Source: Candidatus Sericytochromatia bacterium
GTDB taxonomy: Bacteria; Cyanobacteriota; Sericytochromatia; S15B-MN24; UBA4093
Assembly: GCA_036676985.1 (NCBI GenBank)
Contig: JAKFBU010000004.1
Coordinates: 1 to 64,000 of the forward strand
Reading direction: 5' to 3'
DNA: 64,000 nucleotides
Part shown: piece after piece, positions 40,260 to 49,611 of the stretch
Layout of the letters: every line of letters starts with the position of its first letter
Position numbering within the stretch: position 1 is the first letter of the stretch
Notes under the pieces: generated by a model
What the model saw: the letters and a program-made list of their open reading frames with translations, nothing else
Database searches by the model: none
Told to the model about the DNA's origin: nothing
Position numbers and translations under genes: made by a program

Positions 40260-42056
40260 GTGGTCCGGCGCGCGCTCTTGCCCCTCATCGCCGTCTCGCT
40301 CCTGCTCGCCGGCTGTCCCGGCGATTGGCTGATCGCGGATGACAGCGACAACTCGAACATCATCAGCACGTCGCGGGGCGGCACCGGCGGCGGTGCAAAC
40401 TTCACGGGGGGCACCAACACCGGCTCGTCGGGAGGCAGCACGACGCCCTTCTCGTGCACGGGCCTGCGGGTCGGGATCGGCGTGGAGAGCGACGCGGCGG
40501 CGGGCACCAACCCGTCCAGCGTGTCTTTGAGTGATTCGGTCCAGGTCATGCCCCTGTACCTCGGCAGCAACGTGTCCATGTCCGTGTCGAACGCCAAGAC
40601 GGCCGTGGTGGCCATGGCCTCCCTGAACGAGACGAGCGATTCGTACGTGCAGGCGACGTGGAGCGGGTCGGGGGTGGGTACCGCCTATCGCACCCAGTCC
40701 GAGTCCGCTCTGGATGAGTCGCCGCAGAACCGGGCGGAGCGCCTGGTGCGCGAGCACGCGAAGACCTTGCGTCCGGCGCCGGTGAGCACGAGCTATCGCA
40801 CGCAGGCCGGGACGACCTACGCGAACGGGGCCGAGCGGACGTTCAAGATCCTCGACTTCAGGCCGGGCATGCCGGCGCGTTCGGTTCCGACCAAGGCGGT
40901 GCACGTCTACAACGCGCCGACTGGCCAGAAGGGTAGCTTCGTCATCTGGGTGGACCAAGAGGACGCGGCCATCTTCCAGGGGTCGGGCAGTAAGCTCGAG
41001 ACGATCGCCAACGAGCTGCGCGAGCGGATCTACAAGCTGGATACCTGTGCGTTCGGCTCGGACACGACGATCGCCGAGAACGACGCCCTGCCTGCGAGCA
41101 AAAAGGTCTACCTGGATGACGACTACGTCCACTTCGTCTTCTCGCGCCGGGTCGACAATGGCACGCTGACGACCGGGAACGGGACGCTCGGGTTCTTCAC
41201 GCTGGCGGACTTGGCGGATAGCGGGTTCAACCGGGGGAAGATCCTCTACATCGCCTCCAGTGCGACGTCGCGCTCGCTGGGAGATATGTTCGCGGTCATC
41301 GCCCACGAGTTCCAGCACCTGCTGTTCTCCTGCCACCGGGTCAAGGCGGTGGGGATGCAGAACCACATCTACGAGTTCCAGTCGGGGGCAGACACGTGGC
41401 TCAACGAGGGCCTCTCGATGCTCGCCATGATGCTCAACGGCTATGGCCCGGACGGCTCGGAGCCGAGTCCGGCCATCGTGCAGCAGATCGCCGACTACCT
41501 GGACGAGCCCAGCAAGTACTCCATGACGGAGTTCTATCAGGGCACGGGCAATCCGACGGATGCGTACGGGATGGTCACGCTGTTCGTGCAGTACCTGAAC
41601 GATCGCCTGGGCGACGCGTCGCTCAAGGACTTTCATTCCACGGACAACAGCGCGACCATGTTCAACGGGCAGGCCGCCAGTGCAGGGAACGTGGACCCGA
41701 CAGACCTGGCTGACCGGGTCTTGGCCAAGTACGGGACGACGCTCGGCCGGATGTTCGCAGACTTCGGGGCGGCGGTGGTGCTGGACGGGTCGGAGGCGGT
41801 TGCTTCCCTGGATGAGCCATGGGCCTCGCGCTACCAGATCCGCAACGTGAACCTGCGTGGCAAGTACACCGGCCTGGAGCCGGAGCAAATCCAGATGCAG
41901 GGGCCAGGGGTGCAGGTGCAGGCGTCGACGAACCTATCGTTGCGGCCGTACTGCTTGAACTTCCTGTATCAGAAGAATCTAAGCGGGACGATCAGCCTGG
42001 GCTTCACGGGCGGCGGCGGCTCGGGGTACGGGGCGAAGCTGATTCTCACGCAGTAG
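40260..42056 (+). CDS. Zinc metallopeptidase lipoprotein (M30-like gluzincin)
   Basis: GTG start after ggagga; lipobox LAGC; IAHEFQH...WLNEGLS. Confidence 0.82.
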   Translation: MVRRALLPLIAVSLLLAGCPGDWLIADDSDNSNIISTSRGGTGGGANFTGGTNTGSSGGSTTPFSCTGLRVGIGVESDAAAGTNPSSVSLSDSVQVMPLYLGSNVSMSVSNAKTAVVAMASLNETSDSYVQATWSGSGVGTAYRTQSESALDESPQNRAERLVREHAKTLRPAPVSTSYRTQAGTTYANGAERTFKILDFRPGMPARSVPTKAVHVYNAPTGQKGSFVIWVDQEDAAIFQGSGSKLETIANELRERIYKLDTCAFGSDTTIAENDALPASKKVYLDDDYVHFVFSRRVDNGTLTTGNGTLGFFTLADLADSGFNRGKILYIASSATSRSLGDMFAVIAHEFQHLLFSCHRVKAVGMQNHIYEFQSGADTWLNEGLSMLAMMLNGYGPDGSEPSPAIVQQIADYLDEPSKYSMTEFYQGTGNPTDAYGMVTLFVQYLNDRLGDASLKDFHSTDNSATMFNGQAASAGNVDPTDLADRVLAKYGTTLGRMFADFGAAVVLDGSEAVASLDEPWASRYQIRNVNLRGKYTGLEPEQIQMQGPGVQVQASTNLSLRPYCLNFLYQKNLSGTISLGFTGGGGSGYGAKLILTQ

Positions 42057-42077
42057 ATCTTTATCTGTGATATGTTG

Positions 42078-42109
42078 ACGAGCGCTCGTTATCGAGTGCT
42101 CGTTTTTTG
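42078..42109 (+). terminator. Intrinsic terminator of the Kelch/protease operon
   Basis: acgagcgctcg-ttat-cgagtgctcgt followed by a T run. Confidence 0.75.
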
Positions 42110-42120
42110 TTGGAGGGCCG

Positions 42121-42474
42121 ATGGATCTTCAAGTGATCAGAGCCCGGGCACAGCGAAACAATCCCACTGTTGCTGAACAAAAGCTGTGGCGATGCCTCAG
42201 GGGGAAGCAACTCGGGGTGAAGTTTCGGCGTCAACACCCTTTGGGGCCGTATGTCTTGGATTTCTTCTGTCCTGCGGTGGGGCTCGCGATTGAGCTGGAT
42301 GGCGGGCAACACGCGGGATCCCCGGAGGACGTGCGGCGAGATCAGTGGCTTGCAGAGCAGGGGATTCGGGTGGTGCGCTTCTGGAATCGGGATGTGCTCG
42401 GGAACATGGATGGTGTGCTGGAGCGGATACTAAGTGAGATTAACAAGGAGGACCCCCCCTACCCCCCCCTCTAG
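42121..42474 (+). CDS. DUF559 / Vsr-like endonuclease domain protein
   Basis: TVAEQKLW, FRRQHPLGPYVLDFFC, IELDGGQH, RDQWL...GIRVVRFWN. Confidence 0.92.
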   Translation: MDLQVIRARAQRNNPTVAEQKLWRCLRGKQLGVKFRRQHPLGPYVLDFFCPAVGLAIELDGGQHAGSPEDVRRDQWLAEQGIRVVRFWNRDVLGNMDGVLERILSEINKEDPPYPPL

Positions 42475-42619
42475 AGGGGGGGAAGCTCTTGGGAGGGGAA
42501 GTTTCACCCATGATCCTAAGGAGTTGCCTTGCTCTCCCTCATGATCCGATGGAGCAGCCTCGCTCTCACCCACCCATGATCCGCACACCCCCCCTCTAGA
42601 GGGGGGGCTGGGGGGGTTC
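42451..42619. repeat. REPIN-like doublet overlapping the DUF559 stop codon
   Basis: ccccccctctagaggggggg palindrome present twice, with C-run/G-run outer arms in inverted orientation. Confidence 0.8.
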
Positions 42620-42632
42620 TCCTTATTCCAAA

Positions 42633-45600
42633 CTAGAAGCTAATGCCGAGCTCCAGATAGCCCTGCGTCACCCCGTCCGTGGGATGCGTCCCGCGGGCGA
42701 CGCCCAGACGTAGCTCGGTGGGCACGTTCACGATCTCGAGGATCGTCCGGGCCTCCGCGCCCACGCCCACATGCGGCTCGCCGCTCAGGCGATCCGTCCC
42801 CACGAAGCCCGCCTCCGAGAACACCGCCCCCGACACCCGGCTCACCCAGAAGGGCAACGTCCCCGGACCCTGCTGCACCTCGGCGATCGGGAAGCGATAC
42901 TCCACGCTGCCCAGCGCCATCCGGTTGCCCGACAGCATCCCGCGCGAGTACCCACGCAATGGCTCCACCGCCACGCCGCCCACGTACCGCCGATCCACCG
43001 TCGTCAGGAGATTCGTCGACCCCGTGCCGCCCAGGTAAAAGTCGCCGTCCGGCTTCCCCAGGTTCGCCCCCGCCGCCGCACGAACGGCCAGCACATGGCG
43101 CTTCCAGGGCAGGCTCAGGTAGCGGCGGAAATCGCCCGAGATCCGGTCGAAGGACGTCGTCCCTCCGAACCAAGAGCCCGCCTTCTCGTACTCCAACCCG
43201 AAGGCATGCCCGTACTCCGGGCTGATCGCGAACTTCGAACGGTAGTTGTCCGCGTACGAGTAGCGCAGCACCAGGCTGTTGATCTGCCCTGGCTGCGGCT
43301 TGCCCTTGATGGCGTTGATGTCCGTCGGCGTGGGCTGCAGGGTCGACCCCGACCCGCTGTTGCGCATCCCCAAGTCGCCGATGGTCAGCCAGTTGTAACC
43401 GACCGTCAGCGAAGGACCCGTGATCCAGTAGGTGCCCAGCAGCTTGCTCGGCAGGCTCGGGAAGGTGGCCGCCACCGAGCCGCCCATCTGCCGCTGCCAC
43501 ACGTCGTAGGACTCCCGAGGGCCGCCCGGCAGGCGCCGGGTGACGGCGTAGGAGGTCGGCAGGTCGCTCAGCGCGAACGTGAGGCTCGGCGGCAACTGGT
43601 CGTTCTGGTAGTACAGCGAGTAGTAGGGCCGATTGCCCCCGAAGCCCCAGCCCGCGTTGATGAAGGCGTAGTGCTGCATCAGCACGTCCTGCGCGATGGA
43701 GTTCACGCCCACCATGTAGCCGTTCTCGTCGATGTAGCTCACCGGCGCCCAGTTCTTGGGCGCAAACGTCGGCCACGCATTGTAGGCATGGCTCGGGAAC
43801 GGGTTGGTGATGGTCGGCAGGTCCTCGCGCTCGGGGGCGACCGGCGCCGGAACCGGCAGGCCCGACGACGGGTCGTACACGGTCGCCGCCGAGAGGGGCA
43901 CCTCGCGCCAGGTGGCAGGGTCCACGGGCATGGCGTGGATGTCCCAGCCCTCGTGCGAGTAGCTCGCAAAGGCCAGGCGCTTGCCGTCCGGGGAGACGGC
44001 GGGCTCGATGGCCGCGCCGAGGACGTTGGTGACCTGGAAGACCTTGCCGTCCGCGAGGCGGTAGGCGAAGACGTTGAAGACGCCGCCCGTACGGTCCGAG
44101 GCGAAGTACAGCCACTTGCCGTCCGGCGACCAGTGCGGGTTGATGTCGACGGCGCTGTCGCGCCACAGGGGCTCCGGCTTGGTCTCGCCGGGCCGGAAGA
44201 CGTAGAGGTCGCGCGAGCCCGCCCGCCAGGTGGAGGTGGCGACCTGGTCGCCCTTGGGGGACCACGTGGTGCCCGAGTACTGCGTGCCGTCTTCGTTGGA
44301 CGTCAGCTGGGCCTTCATGGCGCCGCCAGTCTCGAAGAGGGCCAGGTTGTTGCGGCCGCTGCCGTTGAGCGTCGCGATGAAGTGCCGGCCGTCCGGCGAG
44401 ACCGCCGGATCGCTAGCGCGCTTGGCCTCGGTGAGCTGGTGGATCTTCTTGGTCTTGAGGTCGTAGCGGTAAATGTCGTCGTAGACGTTGAAGGCACCCA
44501 CGTCGCCCGCGGCCGAGAGGTACAGAAAGCGCCCCTGCGACAGGGTGTACGAGCTGGTGTAGAGCTTGCCGAACAGGCGCCGCGCGGGCTTGCCGTCCTG
44601 GGAGTCCAGCATCAGGGACGGGGACTGGCTCTTGGAGTACTCGGCGTAGAGGAGCTTGCCGTCTGCCGTCCACAGGGGGTGGCGGTGCTGAAAGCCCGTG
44701 GTCGTGAGGCGATCGCTCGACGTCACCGGTTGCTGCTTGATCACCGCGAGTTGCCGATCGGCCCGCTCCTTGAGATAGACCTTCAATTCGTCCCAGAGGG
44801 CGTAGGCGGACTTGCCGGGCAGCACCCGGCCGATGGCCTGGTTGATGCCGAGCCACGGAAAGGCGCCGTACTCGTGGGAGATCCGCCCCGGCACGTCTTC
44901 GCCGTACTTGTCGATCAGGTACTGGTAGAAGTAGGTCCCGTAGATGTAGGTGCTGGAGCCGCCCGGCCACTCGCTCAGGCTGCTCCAGCCCGTGGCCTGG
45001 TCGATGGAGAGCAGCTTGTCCGCCACCGCCGCCGAGCGGAGGATCATGTCGAAGTCCCCCTCCTTGGCGCGACCCCCGTTGCTGAAGCGCGACTCGGTGG
45101 TGACGGCGAGCCCTTCGATCAGGAAGACCGGCTGGAAGAGGTTGGGGTAGAGGGCCCGGCCGAAGATCTGGTTGACCAGGTCCGTGAGCCCCCCGTTGGC
45201 CTCGAACTGGGCCACGTGCGTGAACTCGTGCAGGATGATCTGCTTGAGCCAGCTCTCGTAGCGGCCCGACAGGTGGTCCTGACCCGGCGAGGTCAGGTAC
45301 ACGTACATCATGGAGTTCGGATAGGGGAAGGCGAAGCCGTTGACCGTGTCCTCGTTGTCGATGAGGGTCAGATCCGTCTTCTGGGTCGGCTTGACCTTGA
45401 GGAAGGGCGTGACCTTGGCGTAGGCCTCTTCGGCGAACACCGCCGCGCGCTGGGCGACGGTCTCCTGCCGGGCGTCGTAGTTGACGCGGAAGTGCGGCGT
45501 CTCGAGGGTGCGCCACGGGATCGTCGGATCGAACAGGGTCCCGGCCTGAGCCGGCGCGCCCAAGAGGGCTCCGATGGCGATGGCCAGGGCGATCGCCCCG

Positions 45601-45647
45601 GTCCTGGCTGCGTGACGGGTGCCTTGTGGACGGCTCGGAAACGGCAT
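42633..45647 (-). CDS. Omp85/BamA-family protein with N-terminal HExxH domain and TolB-like (PD40) propeller
   Basis: Signal peptide AQA; HEFTH...EGLA; PAVSPDG repeats; LRGY...GSVEYRFP; terminal Phe. Confidence 0.85.
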   Translation of the reverse strand: MPFPSRPQGTRHAARTGAIALAIAIGALLGAPAQAGTLFDPTIPWRTLETPHFRVNYDARQETVAQRAAVFAEEAYAKVTPFLKVKPTQKTDLTLIDNEDTVNGFAFPYPNSMMYVYLTSPGQDHLSGRYESWLKQIILHEFTHVAQFEANGGLTDLVNQIFGRALYPNLFQPVFLIEGLAVTTESRFSNGGRAKEGDFDMILRSAAVADKLLSIDQATGWSSLSEWPGGSSTYIYGTYFYQYLIDKYGEDVPGRISHEYGAFPWLGINQAIGRVLPGKSAYALWDELKVYLKERADRQLAVIKQQPVTSSDRLTTTGFQHRHPLWTADGKLLYAEYSKSQSPSLMLDSQDGKPARRLFGKLYTSSYTLSQGRFLYLSAAGDVGAFNVYDDIYRYDLKTKKIHQLTEAKRASDPAVSPDGRHFIATLNGSGRNNLALFETGGAMKAQLTSNEDGTQYSGTTWSPKGDQVATSTWRAGSRDLYVFRPGETKPEPLWRDSAVDINPHWSPDGKWLYFASDRTGGVFNVFAYRLADGKVFQVTNVLGAAIEPAVSPDGKRLAFASYSHEGWDIHAMPVDPATWREVPLSAATVYDPSSGLPVPAPVAPEREDLPTITNPFPSHAYNAWPTFAPKNWAPVSYIDENGYMVGVNSIAQDVLMQHYAFINAGWGFGGNRPYYSLYYQNDQLPPSLTFALSDLPTSYAVTRRLPGGPRESYDVWQRQMGGSVAATFPSLPSKLLGTYWITGPSLTVGYNWLTIGDLGMRNSGSGSTLQPTPTDINAIKGKPQPGQINSLVLRYSYADNYRSKFAISPEYGHAFGLEYEKAGSWFGGTTSFDRISGDFRRYLSLPWKRHVLAVRAAAGANLGKPDGDFYLGGTGSTNLLTTVDRRYVGGVAVEPLRGYSRGMLSGNRMALGSVEYRFPIAEVQQGPGTLPFWVSRVSGAVFSEAGFVGTDRLSGEPHVGVGAEARTILEIVNVPTELRLGVARGTHPTDGVTQGYLELGISF

Positions 45648-45830
45648 CCCCTCATCTTAGCGCAGGTGGCTCGGATAGGCCAATGGTCCGTCTGATGCGG
45701 ATCATGGCGATCCGTCGCGTCCGGCGCCCGTGAGCATGTTCGGCGGGTTCGTGCGCATGGCATACTCATTGGAATCGGCGCAAGACGCGAACGTGGTGCC
45801 GAGCTTGGCGACGAAATGGAGGAGACCCCG

Positions 45831-46610
45831 ATGACCCGCCCCCTGACACTCATCACCGGCGCCTCGAGCGGCATCGGAAAGGCCTTCGCGGATCGGTTGG
45901 CCAAGGAGGGCCATGATCTCATCATCGTGGCACGCCGCCAGGCCGATCTGGAGGCCCATGCGGCCAAGCTGCAAGAGGCCCACGGCGGCAAGGTGCATGT
46001 GATTCCCATGGACCTGTCGCAGGCGAGCTCGGCGGACGAGCTGTTCGCGGAGGTCCAGCGGCGGGGCCTGGTGGTCGACGGGCTCATCAACAACGCGGGC
46101 GTAGGCCTGCACGGGGCGCTGGAGGCGAACGATCCGGGGACCCTGGAGCGGATGATCACGCTGAACGTGACGGTACTTAGCAAGCTGACGCGGTTGTTCC
46201 TGCCGGCCATGCTGGAGCGGAGATCGGGCGTGATCCTGAACGTGGCCTCGACGGCGGCCTTCCAGCCGATGCCGTACTTCGCGGCCTACGCGGCCACCAA
46301 GGCCTTCGTCCTGTCGTTCTCGGAAGGGATCGCCGAGGAGGTGCGGGACCGGGGCGTGAAGGTGGTGGCCCTGTGCCCCGGCCCCACGAGCACCGAGTTC
46401 AGCGAGTCGGCGAGCCTCAAGACCAAGGCCTTGAGCTACGCGAAGTTCATGACGGCCGAAGCGGTGGTGGAGGACGGCCTGGACGCCATCCGGCGCGGCG
46501 AAGTCGTGAAGATCTCCGGCCTGATGAACGCAGTGGCCGCACGGTCCGCACCCTTCGTGCCGCGGGCGCTCTTGAACCGGATCACGGGGATGATCTTCCG
46601 GCCCAGCTAA
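45831..46610 (+). CDS. Short-chain dehydrogenase/reductase
   Basis: TGASSGIG, NNAG, YAATK. Confidence 0.93.
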   Translation: MTRPLTLITGASSGIGKAFADRLAKEGHDLIIVARRQADLEAHAAKLQEAHGGKVHVIPMDLSQASSADELFAEVQRRGLVVDGLINNAGVGLHGALEANDPGTLERMITLNVTVLSKLTRLFLPAMLERRSGVILNVASTAAFQPMPYFAAYAATKAFVLSFSEGIAEEVRDRGVKVVALCPGPTSTEFSESASLKTKALSYAKFMTAEAVVEDGLDAIRRGEVVKISGLMNAVAARSAPFVPRALLNRITGMIFRPS

Positions 46611-46624
46611 GGCTTCTTGGAAAG

Positions 46625-46650
46625 TTAATCGAGACTTTCCCCTGCCTTAA
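46625..46650 (+). promoter_or_regulatory. 11-bp-periodic TTAA-type boxes
   Basis: ttaa 46625, tttc 46636, ttaa 46647. Confidence 0.4.
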
Positions 46651-46724
46651 CGGTTTTTGGACAAGCCGGATGGCCGCGCTCCGGATAAGGATCGCGAAGA
46701 CCTCGACTGTTAAGGAGGACGGCC

Positions 46725-47753
46725 ATGATTTCCGGCGTCTCGAACTCGCCCTACGCTTACCGGCCCAAGGCCACCGCGCAGACGGCTGCCGCCGCTCCGA
46801 GCGCACCGGCTGCCGATAGCTCGGCGATCGCCCCCCGTCCTCAGCAGCCCGTGGTCCAGGCGGGTGGCGGCTTCGACGCCGCAGGCCTGCTCGACGGCAT
46901 CATGAACATGCTCAAGTCGGTCGGCGCCTTCTTCGTCGGCCTCTTCAACAAGATCTTCAAGAAGGGCGGCGAGCAGCCCGCCCCGGTGGACGACAACACC
47001 CTCAAGCTGGCCCAGCAGTACAACCTGCTGCCGACCAAGGAGAACGTCGACGCCTTCGTGACCGAGGTCCAGGGCTACGCGGCCCCCGGCCCCGGCGGCT
47101 TCCAGGTCCTCGGCCCCGGCAGCCCCAACACCGAGGCCATCGGCCAGATTCAGACCGCCCTCAAGGCCTGGGGCTTCCCCGCCGAGGTGACGGGCCAGTA
47201 CGACGCCCCCACCCAGGCCGCGGTCAAGGCCTTCAAGCAGGCCAACGGCCTCCACCAGACCTACAAGACGCCCGACGGCAACTTCGCGGTCAACGAGTAC
47301 TTCGACTACCAGACCTTCCAGAAGATGCAGGAGAAGATGAACGGCGGCGGCACGACCACCCCGGCTCCCGCTCCGACCCCGACCCAGGGCAACGGCACGC
47401 TCAACTGGCAGGCGATCGCCGACCAGTACAAGCTTTACCCGACCGAGGACAACGTCCAGGCCTTCCTCGCCGAGGTGAAGAGCTACCAGACCCCCGATGC
47501 CCAGGGCTTCAAGGCCATCGGCCCCGGCTACCCCAACCAGAACGAGATCCAGGAAGTCCAGGCCGCCCTCGCCCGCGTCGGTCACCAGGTGACCCCCAAC
47601 GGCCAGTGGGACGCCGCCACCGTCAAGGCCGTCATGGACTTCAAGGCCAAGTACGGCCTGCACCAGAACTACCGCTCGCAGGACGGCAACTGGGCCATCA
47701 ACGAGTACGCCGACAAGGCGATGCTCCAGAAGCTCTCGAGCCTCCTCGGCTAG
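46725..47753 (+). CDS. Peptidoglycan-binding-repeat protein (2 units), no Sec signal
   Basis: IQTALKAWGF...GQYDAPTQAAVKAFKQANGL pattern twice; RBS aaggagg. Confidence 0.85.
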   Translation: MISGVSNSPYAYRPKATAQTAAAAPSAPAADSSAIAPRPQQPVVQAGGGFDAAGLLDGIMNMLKSVGAFFVGLFNKIFKKGGEQPAPVDDNTLKLAQQYNLLPTKENVDAFVTEVQGYAAPGPGGFQVLGPGSPNTEAIGQIQTALKAWGFPAEVTGQYDAPTQAAVKAFKQANGLHQTYKTPDGNFAVNEYFDYQTFQKMQEKMNGGGTTTPAPAPTPTQGNGTLNWQAIADQYKLYPTEDNVQAFLAEVKSYQTPDAQGFKAIGPGYPNQNEIQEVQAALARVGHQVTPNGQWDAATVKAVMDFKAKYGLHQNYRSQDGNWAINEYADKAMLQKLSSLLG

Positions 47754-47772
47754 CCCCCTTCCCTCCTCCTTC

Positions 47773-47805
47773 GGGCCTCCCGGTCGCACGACCGGGGGGC
47801 TTTTT
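47773..47805 (+). terminator. Intrinsic terminator
   Basis: gcctcccggtcg-ca-cgaccggggggc followed by ttttt. Confidence 0.8.
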
Positions 47806-47817
47806 CGATCTCAAACT

Positions 47818-47854
47818 TTAACGCAAGGATCAGGAGGGTTTACCCGGGGCTTAA
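47818..47854 (+). promoter_or_regulatory. 11-bp-periodic TTAA-type boxes
   Basis: ttaa 47818, atca 47829, ttac 47840, ttaa 47851. Confidence 0.45.
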
Positions 47855-47938
47855 ACGGATCCATCGGAACGCTGCCTATAACACTTTCAACGGAACCCAG
47901 TTGGTAATCTTTGGTGGACCAGTGAGGAGGATGCAGCG

Positions 47939-49528
47939 ATGAACATTGGTGGAGTGCCTCAGACCCGGCTTCCCCAGCGCCCCGCGGTCAAGGCCGGCGG
48001 CCCGACCGACGGCGTGCAGCCCACCTACGCGCCGCAGCCGACGACCTACGTCCAGCAGCAGCCGACCGTGCAGCAGAACAACGTGCAGCCGATGGCCAAC
48101 ATCTTGGCGAACGTGTTCAACGGCATCGTCAACTTCCTGAAGAGCTTCTTCGGCGCCATCGCCAACATGTTCAAGGGCGCGAGCAACAACACCGGCACCA
48201 CCCCCGGTACCACCACGCCCGGCACGACGGTCCCCGGCACCACGGTGCCCACGACCCCGGCGCTCGACCCCAGCCAGGCGGCGATCGCTCAGCAGTACAA
48301 CCTGCTCGCCACCCCCGAGAACGTCCAGGCCTTCCTCGCCGAGGTCCAGAAGTACCAGGCGGACGGCGCCCTCGGCCCCGGCAACACCAACACGGCCGCC
48401 ATCCGTGACCTCCAGGGCGCTCTGGCTCGCCTCGGCTACCAGCTGCCCCAGACCGGCACCTACGACCAGGCGACCGCCCAGGCGGTGATGGCCTTCAAGC
48501 AGGCCAACGGCCTCCACCAGACCTATCGCTCGAAGGACGGCAACTTCGCGGTCAACGAGTACGCCGAGACCCAGACCCTGCAGGTCATCATGACGAAGCT
48601 TCAGGCCCTGATGACCCAGCAGCCCCCGGTCCAGCAGCCTCCTGTCGCCCAGCCCCCCGTCGTTCAGCCCCCCGTCGTTCAGCCCCCCGTCATTCAGCCC
48701 CCCGTGGTCCAGCCCCCGGTTCAGCAGCCCGGTCAGCCCAACTTCGCCGCGATCGCCCAGCAGTACAACCTCCTGAACAGCGCCGAGAACGTCAACGCGT
48801 TCCTCGCCGAGGTCCAGAAGTACCAGGCGGAAGGCGCGCTCGGCCCCGGCAGCAACAACCAGGGTGCCATCCGCGACCTGCAGGGTGCGCTCGCCCGCCT
48901 CGGTTACCAGCTTCCCCAGACCGGCACGTACGACCAGGCGACCGCCCAGGCGGTGATGGCCTTCAAGCAGGCCAACGGCCTTCGCCAGGGCTACAAGTCG
49001 GCCGACGGCAACTTCGCGGTCAACGAGTACGCTGAGACCCAGACCCTGCAGCTCATCATGCAGAAGCTTCAGGCGATGATGACCCAGCAGCCCGCCCCGC
49101 AGCCCGCTCCCCAGCCCGCCCCGGTTCAGCAGCCCGCCCAGCAGCAGCCCGCTCAGCCGGCCCCCGGTCAGCCCAACATCGCCGCCATCGCGCAGCAGTA
49201 CCGCATCCAGGCGACCCCCGAGAACGTCCAGGCGTTCCTCAACGAAGTGAAGCAGTACCAGACCGACGGCGCCCTCGGCCCCGGCAGCAACCAGACCCAG
49301 GCCATCAACGACCTGCAGACGGTGCTCAAGAAGTGGGGGTTCAACGTCAATCAGAACGGCCAGTTCGACCAGGCCACCCAGGCGGCGGTCATCGAGTACA
49401 AGAAGCGCAACGGCCTGCACCAGTCCTACCGCGCTCAGGACGGCAACTTCGCGGTCAACGAGTACGCCGACAAGCAGACGCTCGAGCACATCATGAAGAA
49501 GCTCGAGGCCGAGATGAAGGCGTCCTAA
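47939..49528 (+). CDS. Peptidoglycan-binding-repeat protein (3 units) with Gln/Pro linkers; paralog of upstream gene
   Basis: Three ~105 aa units IAQQY...ENVxAFL...LQ..L...AVxxxKxxNGL...DGNFAVNEYA. Confidence 0.88.
   Translation: MNIGGVPQTRLPQRPAVKAGGPTDGVQPTYAPQPTTYVQQQPTVQQNNVQPMANILANVFNGIVNFLKSFFGAIANMFKGASNNTGTTPGTTTPGTTVPGTTVPTTPALDPSQAAIAQQYNLLATPENVQAFLAEVQKYQADGALGPGNTNTAAIRDLQGALARLGYQLPQTGTYDQATAQAVMAFKQANGLHQTYRSKDGNFAVNEYAETQTLQVIMTKLQALMTQQPPVQQPPVAQPPVVQPPVVQPPVIQPPVVQPPVQQPGQPNFAAIAQQYNLLNSAENVNAFLAEVQKYQAEGALGPGSNNQGAIRDLQGALARLGYQLPQTGTYDQATAQAVMAFKQANGLRQGYKSADGNFAVNEYAETQTLQLIMQKLQAMMTQQPAPQPAPQPAPVQQPAQQQPAQPAPGQPNIAAIAQQYRIQATPENVQAFLNEVKQYQTDGALGPGSNQTQAINDLQTVLKKWGFNVNQNGQFDQATQAAVIEYKKRNGLHQSYRAQDGNFAVNEYADKQTLEHIMKKLEAEMKAS
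48618..48730 (+). repeat. 15-bp coding tandem repeat (QPPVV)n
   Basis: cagccccccgtcgtt-like units in tandem. Confidence 0.8.
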
Positions 49529-49540
49529 GCCGAGGTTCCC

Positions 49541-49611
49541 AATCGAAGAAGCCCGCCGGGTGTGTCCGGCGGGCTTCTTGGTTTCTAGAGGTGAGGTGGT
49601 GCGCTCTTGAT
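49541..49611 (-). ncRNA. Putative sRNA copy 1 (repeat unit 49546-49662)
   Basis: TGgCAAGAT -10, then ATCAAGAGCGCACCACCTCACCTCT and a 14-bp GC hairpin. Confidence 0.5.
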
